IMG/VR virus record: IMGVR_UViG_3300031519_004559
Direction: 5' to 3' (one strand)
DNA from: a virus
DNA length: 64,000 nt
Shown here: one piece after another, positions 1-9,526 of the stretch
Layout: every line of letters begins with the position of its first letter
Position numbering within the stretch: position 1 is the stretch's first letter
Notes under the pieces: generated by a model
Databases searched by the model: none
The model's input: the letters and a program-made list of their open reading frames with translations, nothing else
What the model was told of the DNA's origin: nothing
Made by a program: the position numbers and the translations under genes

Positions 1-186
1 CAGGAAGTAGACAGATTTAAATTGACAGACAAGGCAACATTGTTTAACACATCAGCACATCATACAATTATAAGCGAAGACGTAGAACAACCAAGATCAA
101 GTGCTTGTTTTATATTTTGGCCTTACAATAGCTGGCAAGGTATTGTAGAAGCAGTAAAGGCAAAAGGAGTAATTTTAGAAAGATGA
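1..186 (+). CDS. Partial 2OG-Fe(II) oxygenase-like protein (C-terminal end), paralog of 183..815
   Basis: Frame 1 is open from base 1: ...FKLTDKATLFNTSAHHTI...PRSSACFIFWPYNSW..., aligning with FETKKDAVLLNVGNWHRI...PRKIASFLLWPYNTW of the next ORF; ATGA overlap. Confidence 0.7.
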   Translation, partial: QEVDRFKLTDKATLFNTSAHHTIISEDVEQPRSSACFIFWPYNSWQGIVEAVKAKGVILER

Positions 187-815
187 GAAGTGCGTATAAT
201 TTAAAGATTGATTCAGACACTTTAAGAACTGAACTTAATTATATTGATAACATATGGAATGATTTATCGCAAGAATACAAAGACAAAATGGATTGTAAAG
301 TATATGACGAAAATGTTTATTATGTTTCAAAAAAAGTAGTCAAAGATTTAAAACTTAACGGACTTTTAAATATGTTTAGTCTATTTGAAGATGCATTTTT
401 AGATCATTTTAAGATTGTGCAGATGATGCCTGGAGAATTATATGGATACCATATTGATAATAATAAACATAGCATCCATAATGAGATTCCGCAACATATG
501 ACTTGTCCTGCGGCTGTAAATATTTTGCTCAGTGAACCTGTAGGAGATATAACATTTTTTGGATTTGACAAAAAACTTAATAAGTATAAGAGCTGGGACA
601 AAAGAAACTTGCCACGCAATGATACAGAAGAATTCGAAATTATAGATAAATTTGAAACAAAAAAAGATGCTGTATTACTTAACGTTGGCAATTGGCACAG
701 GATTGAATCAAGCCATAATCAACCAAGAAAGATAGCAAGTTTTTTGCTTTGGCCTTACAATACGTGGGAAAATTATGTAAGTTATTGTAAATTGAAAGGA
801 CTAATTAATGAATAA
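183..815 (+). CDS. 2OG-Fe(II) oxygenase/cupin-fold protein
   Basis: HxD (YHID), distal H (NVGNWH), then R; double-stranded beta-helix pattern. Confidence 0.7.
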   Translation: MRSAYNLKIDSDTLRTELNYIDNIWNDLSQEYKDKMDCKVYDENVYYVSKKVVKDLKLNGLLNMFSLFEDAFLDHFKIVQMMPGELYGYHIDNNKHSIHNEIPQHMTCPAAVNILLSEPVGDITFFGFDKKLNKYKSWDKRNLPRNDTEEFEIIDKFETKKDAVLLNVGNWHRIESSHNQPRKIASFLLWPYNTWENYVSYCKLKGLINE

Positions 816-1419
816 GAAACACTTACCTAGTATACATAATTACAATTTAGATATTGACCTAAAACAATTACAAGATGCTTGTGACACACTTGCAGGGAAA
901 TTTGTTGATGTAAAAACAGCAAACCCAATGTTGTGTGATAATCATATGGAGTTAGTTGCCCATGTTTATGATAACTTTGAACAAATTAATTTAACTACAC
1001 CTAGCGAAATATTACCTTATACTACAAGTATCAAGGAAAGGTTAAGACGAAAAGAAGAACATTTATATAATGTGCCTACAGAAGATTACACAGGCAGTTA
1101 TTTTGAAAAAATAATTACACAATTAAAAGCACCAGCAAGTAGAATTAGAATTACTAAACTTGCTCCAGGAAAAAATATTCCGTTTCATGTTGACTATGAT
1201 GTAAGTTATGCTGTCAGATGTATTGTACCTATTTACGGAGACAAACAAGTAATAAATTTATTTAAACGTGAAGGCAAACTAGAAGCATATAACCTAGACA
1301 ACGGTAATGCTTATTTCCTTAACATTGGATATCCACATGCCGTAATTAACATGAGTAGCAAACCTCGAATTGCTCTTATGTTTAGTCTTAATGGTACAGA
1401 TGATTTAGAAAATGTTTAA
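808..1419 (+). CDS. Aspartyl/asparaginyl beta-hydroxylase-like 2OG-Fe(II) oxygenase
   Basis: RIRITKLAPGKNIPFHVD...GYPHAVIN...PRIAL. Confidence 0.8.
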   Translation: MNKKHLPSIHNYNLDIDLKQLQDACDTLAGKFVDVKTANPMLCDNHMELVAHVYDNFEQINLTTPSEILPYTTSIKERLRRKEEHLYNVPTEDYTGSYFEKIITQLKAPASRIRITKLAPGKNIPFHVDYDVSYAVRCIVPIYGDKQVINLFKREGKLEAYNLDNGNAYFLNIGYPHAVINMSSKPRIALMFSLNGTDDLENV

Positions 1420-1993
1420 TGAATATTTTTTAGAATGTAATATAGGTGTTACATCTGCCTGGCAAGACTACGCAAAGGAAATTGTAGACACTTATAAAAA
1501 AGATTGCGAAATCACAGAGTCTAAACCTGTTCCTATTTTAAAAATAGATGAACACATAAAAATATTAGAACCTTTAAAAAATTACAAAAAATATTTAAGT
1601 GGACATTTTAGAATATTAATTATTAAACCAGGAGAACATGTGCATCATCATCTTGATGTAAATGTTCAAGGACAATATAGTCTTATACCAAAAGGAAAAC
1701 AAATAACAGCGGTTTTAAATTTTCCAATTTACGGAACAGGTGATTGCGATACTATATGGGAAGAGCCTGATTGTGAAATAAACGATCCAAGAATCTTTTA
1801 TGCCAATCCAGAAAAAGCAAAAAGTATAAAATGGAAATTTTTAGATAAAATCACTGTAAAAGAACTTCCAGTATTATTGAATACTGCGGTATGGCACAAA
1901 GTTCAGCCACCACAAAAAGAAAGAGCTTTAATAAGTTTTGTATGTAATACAGAATATGATTGGGAAACTTTACACAACGTATTTAATAATTAA
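1412..1993 (+). CDS. 2OG-Fe(II) oxygenase-like protein
   Basis: IKPGEHVHHHLD, LNFPI, LNTAVWHKV, R. Confidence 0.7.
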   Translation: MFNEYFLECNIGVTSAWQDYAKEIVDTYKKDCEITESKPVPILKIDEHIKILEPLKNYKKYLSGHFRILIIKPGEHVHHHLDVNVQGQYSLIPKGKQITAVLNFPIYGTGDCDTIWEEPDCEINDPRIFYANPEKAKSIKWKFLDKITVKELPVLLNTAVWHKVQPPQKERALISFVCNTEYDWETLHNVFNN

Positions 1994-2528
1994 ATAGTTT
2001 TATATCTTTGTCATAATACTGACCAATTAAATCATATATGTTTTTATCTTCAATTTTATAATTATTAATTTTCATTCCGTTAATTATTGGTAATTTTATG
2101 TTAACACCAAATTCATTATGTAAAACTTTTTCTATACCGTCTTCTATTTTGTAGAAAACTGTATTTTCATCTAACCAATCACTTTGACATCTCCAACTAG
2201 GTGGACCCCAGTCGTAATCTACTTTCATTATTTTTTGTTGCACAAACTCTTCAAAAGTTTCTTGTACTTTGTATCTTTTTTTGCAATACCAATACCTTGA
2301 AACTGTTCTGTCCCAAGGATTACGCACAAACGCAACTTTTGGCTTGTCTATTTTTATATCTTTTGCAGGTATATGTGTTTGTTGAATATCATTGTAGTGT
2401 ATACGTGCATCATAATTTTCATTATAATGATCATCACCATTCCACACATCAAGTTTAAGAGCTGTCAGAATACTTGTTCCTGCACATTTAGGAATGTGTA
2501 ATAATATTTTATTTTTGAATTCTAGCAT
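1983..2528 (-). CDS. Sulfotransferase (Sulfotransfer_2-like)
   Basis: 5'-PSB motif HIPKCAGTS and 3'-PB motif VRNPWDRTVS. Confidence 0.85.
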   Translation of the reverse strand: MLEFKNKILLHIPKCAGTSILTALKLDVWNGDDHYNENYDARIHYNDIQQTHIPAKDIKIDKPKVAFVRNPWDRTVSRYWYCKKRYKVQETFEEFVQQKIMKVDYDWGPPSWRCQSDWLDENTVFYKIEDGIEKVLHNEFGVNIKLPIINGMKINNYKIEDKNIYDLIGQYYDKDIKLFNY

Positions 2529-2985
2529 ATAATATTTCTTCCATTTGGTGAAATAGATAACTGTGTGTGGTTTGGAAACTTACATGGTTTGAAATTGTTA
2601 TACTATCTATATCTGTTAAAATAACTTTACCTTCTGAATATATCATATTATATAAATGGAGATCATTATGGTAAATCATTTTACCATTACAATATTTTTT
2701 AGAAAGTTCTAAAAAGTTCTTCCAAATATCATTTATTTGAACATAAATTTCAACCATATCTTGTGCATCAGCTTTTATGTCTTTTAAATATTTTCCAACA
2801 GATATACCTTCAATGTATTCGTAAATAATTTTATTGCTGTCGTACTCTAATATTTTTGGAAGAAAGTTTGGTTGTTCTGCTATCAATATATCAAGAGCCG
2901 TTTTATCTACAGGCCACTGACTTTCTTTGATAACTGTATTTCCCTGTCTAGTTAGACTGTTGTTATAAAATCTTTTTCTTTCCAT
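2509..2985 (-). CDS. Small protein-kinase-like/phosphotransferase
   Basis: VIK, YEYIEG, HNDLHLYN catalytic loop, TDID (DFG-equivalent). Confidence 0.7.
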   Translation of the reverse strand: MERKRFYNNSLTRQGNTVIKESQWPVDKTALDILIAEQPNFLPKILEYDSNKIIYEYIEGISVGKYLKDIKADAQDMVEIYVQINDIWKNFLELSKKYCNGKMIYHNDLHLYNMIYSEGKVILTDIDSITISNHVSFQTTHSYLFHQMEEILYARIQK

Positions 2986-2988
2986 TAT

Positions 2989-3510
2989 CTAATTTTTCCA
3001 TCTTTGTTTCACTTGTTTTGTTACAAACGGCCAACCACTAAGATTAAGTCTTTCGCCTGTACACGGTTCTACCCAATGATCAAAACCTGTACGCATTATT
3101 ACAAGTCTGTTGCGTTTTGGCAATATACGCATATCTTCTGTACATAATTCTCCATCAGTCTCATCTGTAAGATACAGCATCCACACCCAGTCGCCATACA
3201 CTTCCGGGTCTTCTTTGTGTTTGCCTATACGACTACTGGAAGTAAACTTTTTAGCAAACAGTTGCATCGGTTCTAAATCATTAATAGGCAAACTTGTGCC
3301 AATGTGTTCACCTATTTCACTCAACAGCATTAGTCTATGTGGACTAGTCCTAATATCATTCTTAATCATTTGCCATTCGTAGTCTGTATATTCGCCTACG
3401 TGCGATCCTGTTTCACTATCTAATTGTAGTAGTTCGCCCTTGCAAAGTTCGTCTAGTTGTTGTAGATAGTCTTCGTCAAATATGCTATCAAGTACTATAA
3501 CCGTGTTCAC
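2989..3510 (-). CDS. 2OG-Fe(II) oxygenase (prolyl-hydroxylase-like)
   Basis: HKED, LYL, GEL, PKRNRLV, HWVEP, R-x-N-L-S-G. Confidence 0.8.
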   Translation of the reverse strand: MNTVIVLDSIFDEDYLQQLDELCKGELLQLDSETGSHVGEYTDYEWQMIKNDIRTSPHRLMLLSEIGEHIGTSLPINDLEPMQLFAKKFTSSSRIGKHKEDPEVYGDWVWMLYLTDETDGELCTEDMRILPKRNRLVIMRTGFDHWVEPCTGERLNLSGWPFVTKQVKQRWKN

Positions 3511-4240
3511 GTTCCCAATCCTTCCAAGTTTTATTTGTATCTTCTAACCACTGATTATTATGATCTTTACGTGTACTCTTAGGACCATTAACACTAGCAA
3601 CAGCATGTAGTCTAACACTACGACAGGGTACAACACTATGAGGTTTAGCAGTGTTTAAAATAAATCCTTCTCCGGGGTTACGGAATACACTACCGTCACT
3701 AGTTTCGATACTACTAGTTACTCCTTCACCGTCGTTAAGTAGTACATGATGATATCTAAATCCAGTATCACCATCGGTGTGCCATTGGAAACAACAATCA
3801 TGCTCCATGTAGCTAAACCAGTAGTTACTTCTTAAGTCTGGTATAGTCTGTTCAAGTTCGTCCCAGTACTTCTTACCAAGCTCTCTAAAATCTTTATGTA
3901 CAAAGCAGTATATGTTAAGCCATTGATGATCTTCTATCCTTGCATTTTCTTTGCGTAGTTTTACATAGTATAGCACACCTGTTTCGTATTGTGTTTCTGT
4001 AACATAGTCTAGCCAATTAGATTCGTCTTTCATATCAAAGCCTCTAAGGCCATTATAGATATCTCGTTTAGTCATTAAATCTTTCGGACGTTGCATATAC
4101 ACATTTAAATATGTTTGGTCACCAAAGTCTAGGTCGGTCCATATTTCGCCAGTCATGTTATAAAATAATTGTGTAAGCTCTTTTGTATTGCTGATTGGGT
4201 CGCAATGAACAAATGCTTCATTCATCTTAGGGTCAAACAT
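3488..4240 (-). CDS. 2OG-Fe(II) oxygenase-like protein
   Basis: WHTD, LNTAKPHSV, R-L-H. Confidence 0.7.
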   Translation of the reverse strand: MFDPKMNEAFVHCDPISNTKELTQLFYNMTGEIWTDLDFGDQTYLNVYMQRPKDLMTKRDIYNGLRGFDMKDESNWLDYVTETQYETGVLYYVKLRKENARIEDHQWLNIYCFVHKDFRELGKKYWDELEQTIPDLRSNYWFSYMEHDCCFQWHTDGDTGFRYHHVLLNDGEGVTSSIETSDGSVFRNPGEGFILNTAKPHSVVPCRSVRLHAVASVNGPKSTRKDHNNQWLEDTNKTWKDWEREHGYST

Positions 4241-4677
4241 TTAGCAACCTCCTCTATTGGTTCTTCAAAGCATATTTGAAAATTGTATCTATCGTGTTTG
4301 TTATTATTAATATAATGTTCTAATTGTGTGTTAAACAAGTATGGTGTGCTTAAATGTATCTGAGGACCGGTTGTAAAATAACAGGGAGCATAATGCTTGT
4401 GGTAATGTAACGGTACAATTAAAACAGTGTTACGTTTCCATTTTGTATTATCAACGTGTGCAGTTACTTTGGTATAGCCAGGCTGGTGTACAAAGAATGT
4501 GTAGCTTTTTAAGTTAAACTTATTAAATTCATCTATATTTTTATCCCAGCACAAATTGCCATCGCGACTTCCGCTAATAGTATCGTATTCAACAAAGTCT
4601 CCTTGCGGCAATAGACTTTCTAAGTATTCAGTTTCTTGTTTAGAAATTAAATCTGTTGAGGCAAAATAAGGAATCAT
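4222..4677 (-). CDS. 2OG-Fe(II) oxygenase-like protein
   Basis: AHVD, LFNTQLEH, RYNFQ. Confidence 0.7.
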   Translation of the reverse strand: MIPYFASTDLISKQETEYLESLLPQGDFVEYDTISGSRDGNLCWDKNIDEFNKFNLKSYTFFVHQPGYTKVTAHVDNTKWKRNTVLIVPLHYHKHYAPCYFTTGPQIHLSTPYLFNTQLEHYINNNKHDRYNFQICFEEPIEEVAKCLTLR

Positions 4678-5324
4678 TAATAAACTTCAAATCTAAACTT
4701 GTTAAAAGAATCGTCTGTAATTTTTATATTCATAACAAGCATTATAGAGTCTTTACTATTTGCATTAAACAACACATGTCTTTTAGTTGTATTAACAAAT
4801 GTACTTATGCCGTATTTAAAAGGTACGCTTTCAAAGTTTGCGCCTGACTTAATCATCATAAAGAAATTAGGTGGGACACAATTTTGTATAGGAACAATAA
4901 TCCTAAATACATCTGGAGGCCCCTTTCTGCCACCGTCTAGATGGTGAGGAAAATGACCGCCTTGTGGCAATCTCAAAAAATGACATCTTGCTAACCAAGG
5001 CTTCCATGGGTTAATAACCTTTTGCAATTCAGGACATTTATGATATACATCTGTAAGTGTAGCAAAATCTAATTCAGTGTAACTGTTGCCTGTTCTTTCA
5101 TATAAGTCTTTTAGACTATCTAGATCAGGACCATCTAATTCTCCGTGTAAACTTGTTACACTTAATCCGTCTCTTAATATTCGAGGCTTGCCTGAATTAA
5201 ATTTCTTCCAGTCATTTTCAAATTGTTCTAGTTCTTTCATCACTTGCGTTGTACTGCAATAGATATTATTTAACTCGCATACATCGCCGAATGCATTTAT
5301 ATTATTGTGTAGTTCCCAACTCAT
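4677..5324 (-). CDS. Asp/Asn beta-hydroxylase-like oxygenase
   Basis: RCHFLRLPQGGHFPHHLD, FRIIVP, NTTKRH. Confidence 0.75.
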   Translation of the reverse strand: MSWELHNNINAFGDVCELNNIYCSTTQVMKELEQFENDWKKFNSGKPRILRDGLSVTSLHGELDGPDLDSLKDLYERTGNSYTELDFATLTDVYHKCPELQKVINPWKPWLARCHFLRLPQGGHFPHHLDGGRKGPPDVFRIIVPIQNCVPPNFFMMIKSGANFESVPFKYGISTFVNTTKRHVLFNANSKDSIMLVMNIKITDDSFNKFRFEVY

Positions 5325-5772
5325 TGAGTACCTCCTTTACAGCATCTTCTATAGTAATTGTTTCTAATAATTGCGGATTGTGTTCTAATATAGGATGACC
5401 TTTTAAAAATCCCCATGTTAAATATGTTTGGTTATAATTTTTACTAAAGTGCCGTAGTGTTAGTTTATTGTCTTTTTGTATTTGTTCAAGTACTCCGGAC
5501 ACTTTTGCTTCTGTAATTTTACTGCCAATGTTTATGCATCTTATTTTGTTTTTATACGCTCTAACGCTAACATTGACTTGTGTTAGACCAATGTCGGCAT
5601 TGTTTATAATATAGTCTATTTTATGATCAAATATCTTTTCCCAATCAACTTGCAAGTCATAACCGTTAGATCTACTAAAGCCTTTTATAGTGTATCCTTG
5701 TTCTTTGCACTCGTTAGCAATATGTTTGCCAAAGCCGTTTGTATGACCAGTTATGCCAATCGTAATACCCAT
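5302..5772 (-). CDS. Short SDR/Rossmann-fold oxidoreductase
   Basis: ITGHTNGFG dinucleotide-binding motif, IINNA, INIGS; start placed at MGITIG after GGAGG. Confidence 0.7.
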   Translation of the reverse strand: MGITIGITGHTNGFGKHIANECKEQGYTIKGFSRSNGYDLQVDWEKIFDHKIDYIINNADIGLTQVNVSVRAYKNKIRCINIGSKITEAKVSGVLEQIQKDNKLTLRHFSKNYNQTYLTWGFLKGHPILEHNPQLLETITIEDAVKEVLNELGTTQ

Positions 5773-6206
5773 TGTATTCCTCCCAACGGTATTTCCTCTT
5801 GTGTTATTATCCAATCATATTTAGAACGGTGTTGAAAGTAATCTAGCAATTTGCCATTTTCTTCCCTGCTTACCCAAATGTCTTTGTAGCCTAAACTAAT
5901 AGCGTGTGATGTACTAACATCTAACGTTTCTAATCCTCGAGCAAGGTCTGCTTTAAGACCACCAAAGTTGTACTGTCTGTCTCTAGTGTGCCTGCTCATA
6001 ATGCGTATGCTACCGTTATACTCCGGACGCTCAATGCCAGCACTATAATATATTAGATGCGAATCCCAAGCCATACGGGCAAATTTTGTATGTTGAAACA
6101 ATGGCCATTTACTGTAATTGTTAGCATGTTTATGGCCTTCTGTTTTTGCAAACAGAGTTTTAATATCTTCTAAGTGACTATCAATTGGTGCGAGTATCCA
6201 TTTCAT
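5751..6206 (-). CDS. Hypothetical protein, possibly GNAT-like
   Basis: Coupled ORF in the operon; weak GNAT-like pattern (LGYKDIWVS). Confidence 0.45.
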   Translation of the reverse strand: MKWILAPIDSHLEDIKTLFAKTEGHKHANNYSKWPLFQHTKFARMAWDSHLIYYSAGIERPEYNGSIRIMSRHTRDRQYNFGGLKADLARGLETLDVSTSHAISLGYKDIWVSREENGKLLDYFQHRSKYDWIITQEEIPLGGIQWVLRLA

Positions 6207-6778
6207 TTAATACTCGCCTTATGATGATCTGCGTGATTGCCTTCAAACGGTGCAATGAGATTGATCCATATTCTATTAATAGGCCCATTTAAGTTATGTC
6301 CCCAAAGATTAAGTGTACCATAACCTAAGTATGCTAGTGAAAATACTATGCTGTGTACTATAAGACTGTTAACGCCAAACACTGCAAAAAATAATAACTG
6401 ATGAACAATAAAAATGTATGTGCCGTATTTGTGAAAAAATATTACACGTTTGTTACGTAGTAAGTCTTTTACAAATTTACGCGGCAATGATTCAACTTTC
6501 CATAAACTAAAAAGTATCTTCCACCACGGATGATTTTTTGAACTATGAGGGTCTAATTCTGTATCAGCATACATATGATGCATACGATGCACACCTGCCC
6601 AGCCTAATACGCTTCGACCTCCGCAGAGCAATCCACAATAAAGCATTATTACTTCTTGCCAAGGTGCTGCATTAAATTCTTTATGTGAAAAATATCTGTG
6701 ATACCCTAGAGTTATTCCGATAACAGCCAAGGTCATATAAAGAAAATAGGCAGATAAAAGTATTAAGTATGTTTCCAT
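6203..6778 (-). CDS. Membrane fatty-acid desaturase (delta-9-like)
   Basis: Three His boxes GYHRYFSH, HRMHH, EGNHADHH; hydrophobic segments. Confidence 0.9.
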   Translation of the reverse strand: METYLILLSAYFLYMTLAVIGITLGYHRYFSHKEFNAAPWQEVIMLYCGLLCGGRSVLGWAGVHRMHHMYADTELDPHSSKNHPWWKILFSLWKVESLPRKFVKDLLRNKRVIFFHKYGTYIFIVHQLLFFAVFGVNSLIVHSIVFSLAYLGYGTLNLWGHNLNGPINRIWINLIAPFEGNHADHHKASIK

Positions 6779-6783
6779 ACAAA

Positions 6784-6791
6784 TACTTATC
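6784..6791 (-). promoter_or_regulatory. Late-type promoter (desaturase operon)
   Basis: GATAAGTA 5 nt before the ATG. Confidence 0.6.
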
Positions 6792-6823
6792 TGCCTATTA
6801 AATTACTAATGCAATAAGTGAAG

Positions 6824-7978
6824 TTAGATCAAGCTGGCCCAAGCACCGTTTTCGTAGCCTTGGAATTTGTTTAATGTAGTGTTATAAATGACCATGCCGT
6901 TAGCTGCTGTAATGGCATCACGTACGGCAGTAGTCATACTGCCAAACTGTACAAAACTGCCTACTGTTATAGTGCTGTTAATTGCATCAACTATAGTAGT
7001 TGAATCATCAGCAACTAATGAACCTCTAAACGATGCAGCATCAATTACGCCTGAAATTATTGCATTACCGTCGACCTGCAATGCTTCAGTTGGTTCAGTG
7101 AATACAGTGTTAGTTGGATTAATACGCAGCTTCATGCCGCCGTGTACTGAATGTGTTTCGTATATTGTTACACCCTTAGCACCGTTATCAGCAGCAGTTA
7201 TATATATGTTGCCCTGTCTGCCTTGAATTATGGCTTTGCTTACATCCTGATCTTGGAAAACTAGTTGTCCTAATATAGTATTAGCAGATGCGCCAACAGC
7301 GTTATAATTAAGACGTAAGTTTGATCCAGTTGCATTAGAAACTATTGCATCGCCTGTTGTAACCCTTGTATTATTAACATCAGCTACAACAAGATTATTA
7401 ACACCATCAACCATTAGTGTTGAATTGTCAGCAAATAAACTACCGTTTACATCACCTTCTAATGTTCCTACAAATATGCCAGAGAATTGATTTGTTGTTT
7501 GGTTCCAAGATACTGTACTATCATCAGCAATTAAATCACCTTGTATACTATCTGCTTGTATATGTCCTAGAACATCTAAGGAACTAAAAAATCCAGTGTT
7601 CCAACGTGCTATGTTTGAACCTTGATTGTATGCTACTGATACATCTGGGATCAATGCACCTTGTACTACGCCGCCTACAGCAATAATATCACCGCCGGCG
7701 CCATCGCCTAAGTTAATATTACCTGATGCTGTAACTGTACCTGTAATGTTTATATTACCTGTACCTGTAATGTTGTTGCCATTTAAATCTAGGTTGCCAC
7801 CTAGTTGTGGTGTAGTATCGTCTACAATGTCGTTTTGCCCGGTAACAATGTTACCTCCGACCGTAGAACCATCGCCTACCCACACTTTCTTAGTGTCAGT
7901 GGTGTATACTAGTTCACCGGCTACGGGCGTAATCGCAGTTCGTTCTGCGTTCGTACCTCTTCTTAATTTTAGGGCCAT
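6824..7978 (-). CDS. Tail fibre/virion structural protein
   Basis: N-terminal LKLRRGT...GELVYTTDT..VGDG (Mtd/hyaluronidase N-terminal-like); G/T/N-rich; TATAAATA upstream. Confidence 0.75.
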   Translation of the reverse strand: MALKLRRGTNAERTAITPVAGELVYTTDTKKVWVGDGSTVGGNIVTGQNDIVDDTTPQLGGNLDLNGNNITGTGNINITGTVTASGNINLGDGAGGDIIAVGGVVQGALIPDVSVAYNQGSNIARWNTGFFSSLDVLGHIQADSIQGDLIADDSTVSWNQTTNQFSGIFVGTLEGDVNGSLFADNSTLMVDGVNNLVVADVNNTRVTTGDAIVSNATGSNLRLNYNAVGASANTILGQLVFQDQDVSKAIIQGRQGNIYITAADNGAKGVTIYETHSVHGGMKLRINPTNTVFTEPTEALQVDGNAIISGVIDAASFRGSLVADDSTTIVDAINSTITVGSFVQFGSMTTAVRDAITAANGMVIYNTTLNKFQGYENGAWASLI

Positions 7979-8003
7979 ATTTAACTCCTGGACTGTCTAC
8001 ATG

Positions 8004-8011
8004 TATTTATA
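8004..8011 (-). promoter_or_regulatory. T4-type late promoter (tail fibre)
   Basis: TATAAATA exact match. Confidence 0.75.
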
Positions 8012-8027
8012 CAAAATGCCAAACAAA

Positions 8028-8348
8028 TTACTTTCGACGCTTCATAAAGGATCGTGTCCGTCCTTGGATATCTGCTTTAATCTTAACAGTGTCAAGCCTA
8101 AAGTCAACGTTGTCAATATTTTCTTCGTAATTATTAAACAACTCTTCTAAAGAATTTTCAATGTCTTCGGCATTTTCTTTTTCTCTAGACTTAGCAACGT
8201 CAATGTCCCATACCTTACCATCGGTAAAGAACACTCGGACGCTATGCAGATATTTTACTGGTACAACTTTAATATCTACATCTCGAAATACTTCAGGCCA
8301 ATGATCTATAATGTCCTGTGGTAACTTCTTATTTTTGGGTTTAGGCAC
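8028..8348 (-). CDS. Hypothetical phage protein
   Basis: ORF overlapping the upstream gene in the operon. Confidence 0.6.
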   Translation of the reverse strand: MPKPKNKKLPQDIIDHWPEVFRDVDIKVVPVKYLHSVRVFFTDGKVWDIDVAKSREKENAEDIENSLEELFNNYEENIDNVDFRLDTVKIKADIQGRTRSFMKRRK

Positions 8349-8949
8349 TGGCCGTTACAGACTTTTTCTTCTTAGTCGGAACTAGTTCTTCTGCTTGCCT
8401 ACGTAGTGCGGCCGCTTCTTTGCTCATACGATCTGCTTGCGAACGAAACTGTGCTGCTAATGCTGCATCATCAAGTACTTCGTCACTGGCTGTTGCTGGT
8501 GCAGTATCTTCAATAACTGGCATTTCGTTTACTTTTGCTACTTCTGTAACTGTAGCTGCTCCGCCAGCATCGATAGCTGCAAGATCTTCAATGCCAACTC
8601 CGCGTTGTTCAGCAATCATTTTATTTAGATCGTCTAACGGAATAATGTCACTTCTATTAGGTGTCATTTCTACTAGGCTAGTTGGGACCTTTTGAATCTT
8701 TCCTGTAACATGAAATGCTGGTAACATAATTCTACCATCAGGTAGTCTTGCTCTAGCCATTGCATTTGCAAATACATCTTCATTTTGTCCGCCGTCACTT
8801 TCGATCAGCTTCATTAATGCATCATGTTCTTCTGCCATTAAATTTTCTGTAGTTACTACAAGACAATTTTCAGGTTCACCTGGAACAGTTCTATATGCAA
8901 CAATTACTTTTCTTTGGTTCGTCTTAATTCTGCCAACGTGCTTATACAT
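8341..8949 (-). CDS. Hypothetical phage protein with C-terminal coiled coil
   Basis: SD GGAG, TAATG coupling. Confidence 0.65.
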   Translation of the reverse strand: MYKHVGRIKTNQRKVIVAYRTVPGEPENCLVVTTENLMAEEHDALMKLIESDGGQNEDVFANAMARARLPDGRIMLPAFHVTGKIQKVPTSLVEMTPNRSDIIPLDDLNKMIAEQRGVGIEDLAAIDAGGAATVTEVAKVNEMPVIEDTAPATASDEVLDDAALAAQFRSQADRMSKEAAALRRQAEELVPTKKKKSVTASA

Positions 8950-9179
8950 TATTTTTCTCCTTCAGCTTCGCCTTGCGATTGCTGTTGTGCCACTGCCGCT
9001 AGAAATGTTTCTAACTTCGTGTATGTTGTACCGACTACAGTCATTTCACCAGGCTTAAAAGCGCCTCGTTGACTTGCTACATCGATGATTTGTTTGATAT
9101 TACCTAAGTCTTGAACTGTAAGTTCGACTGGTGTTTCAGTTTGCGCATTTGCGGTTGCTGATGTTGTTTCTTCGGTCAT
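8949..9179 (-). CDS. Hypothetical phage protein
   Basis: SD AAGGAG; coupled to the downstream gene. Confidence 0.65.
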   Translation of the reverse strand: MTEETTSATANAQTETPVELTVQDLGNIKQIIDVASQRGAFKPGEMTVVGTTYTKLETFLAAVAQQQSQGEAEGEK

Positions 9180-9220
9180 AGTTTTTTTAACTCCTTGTAC
9201 TATTAATTATTCAAAAATAT

Positions 9221-9526
9221 TTACTTATATTTCAAAAGTGGACAAGCCAATGTGAAATATGATAGTTCTTTCGGGTCTTCGAAACCTACTTTAAGTATAG
9301 TTTCTATTGATCGTGTTTCGTTTACAGCTATCGAACGTCCTACATAGTACCGACCTTTTAAATGGTCTGCAATCCAATTTGAAATACTATCTGATAAATT
9401 GTAGGTTAGTGGAAGTTTTATATATTCAAAATGTGCAGGAGGAGAACTAGTCTTCCTGCACTTAAAAACTTCTAATCGATTTGGTTGTTTTGATTTAAGC
9501 AGCATCATAATGTACTGTAGTCCCAA
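9221..9526 (-). CDS. Hypothetical phage protein
   Basis: ORF fills the gap after the VWA gene; start uncertain. Confidence 0.55.
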   Translation of the reverse strand: MGLQYIMMLLKSKQPNRLEVFKCRKTSSPPAHFEYIKLPLTYNLSDSISNWIADHLKGRYYVGRSIAVNETRSIETILKVGFEDPKELSYFTLACPLLKYK

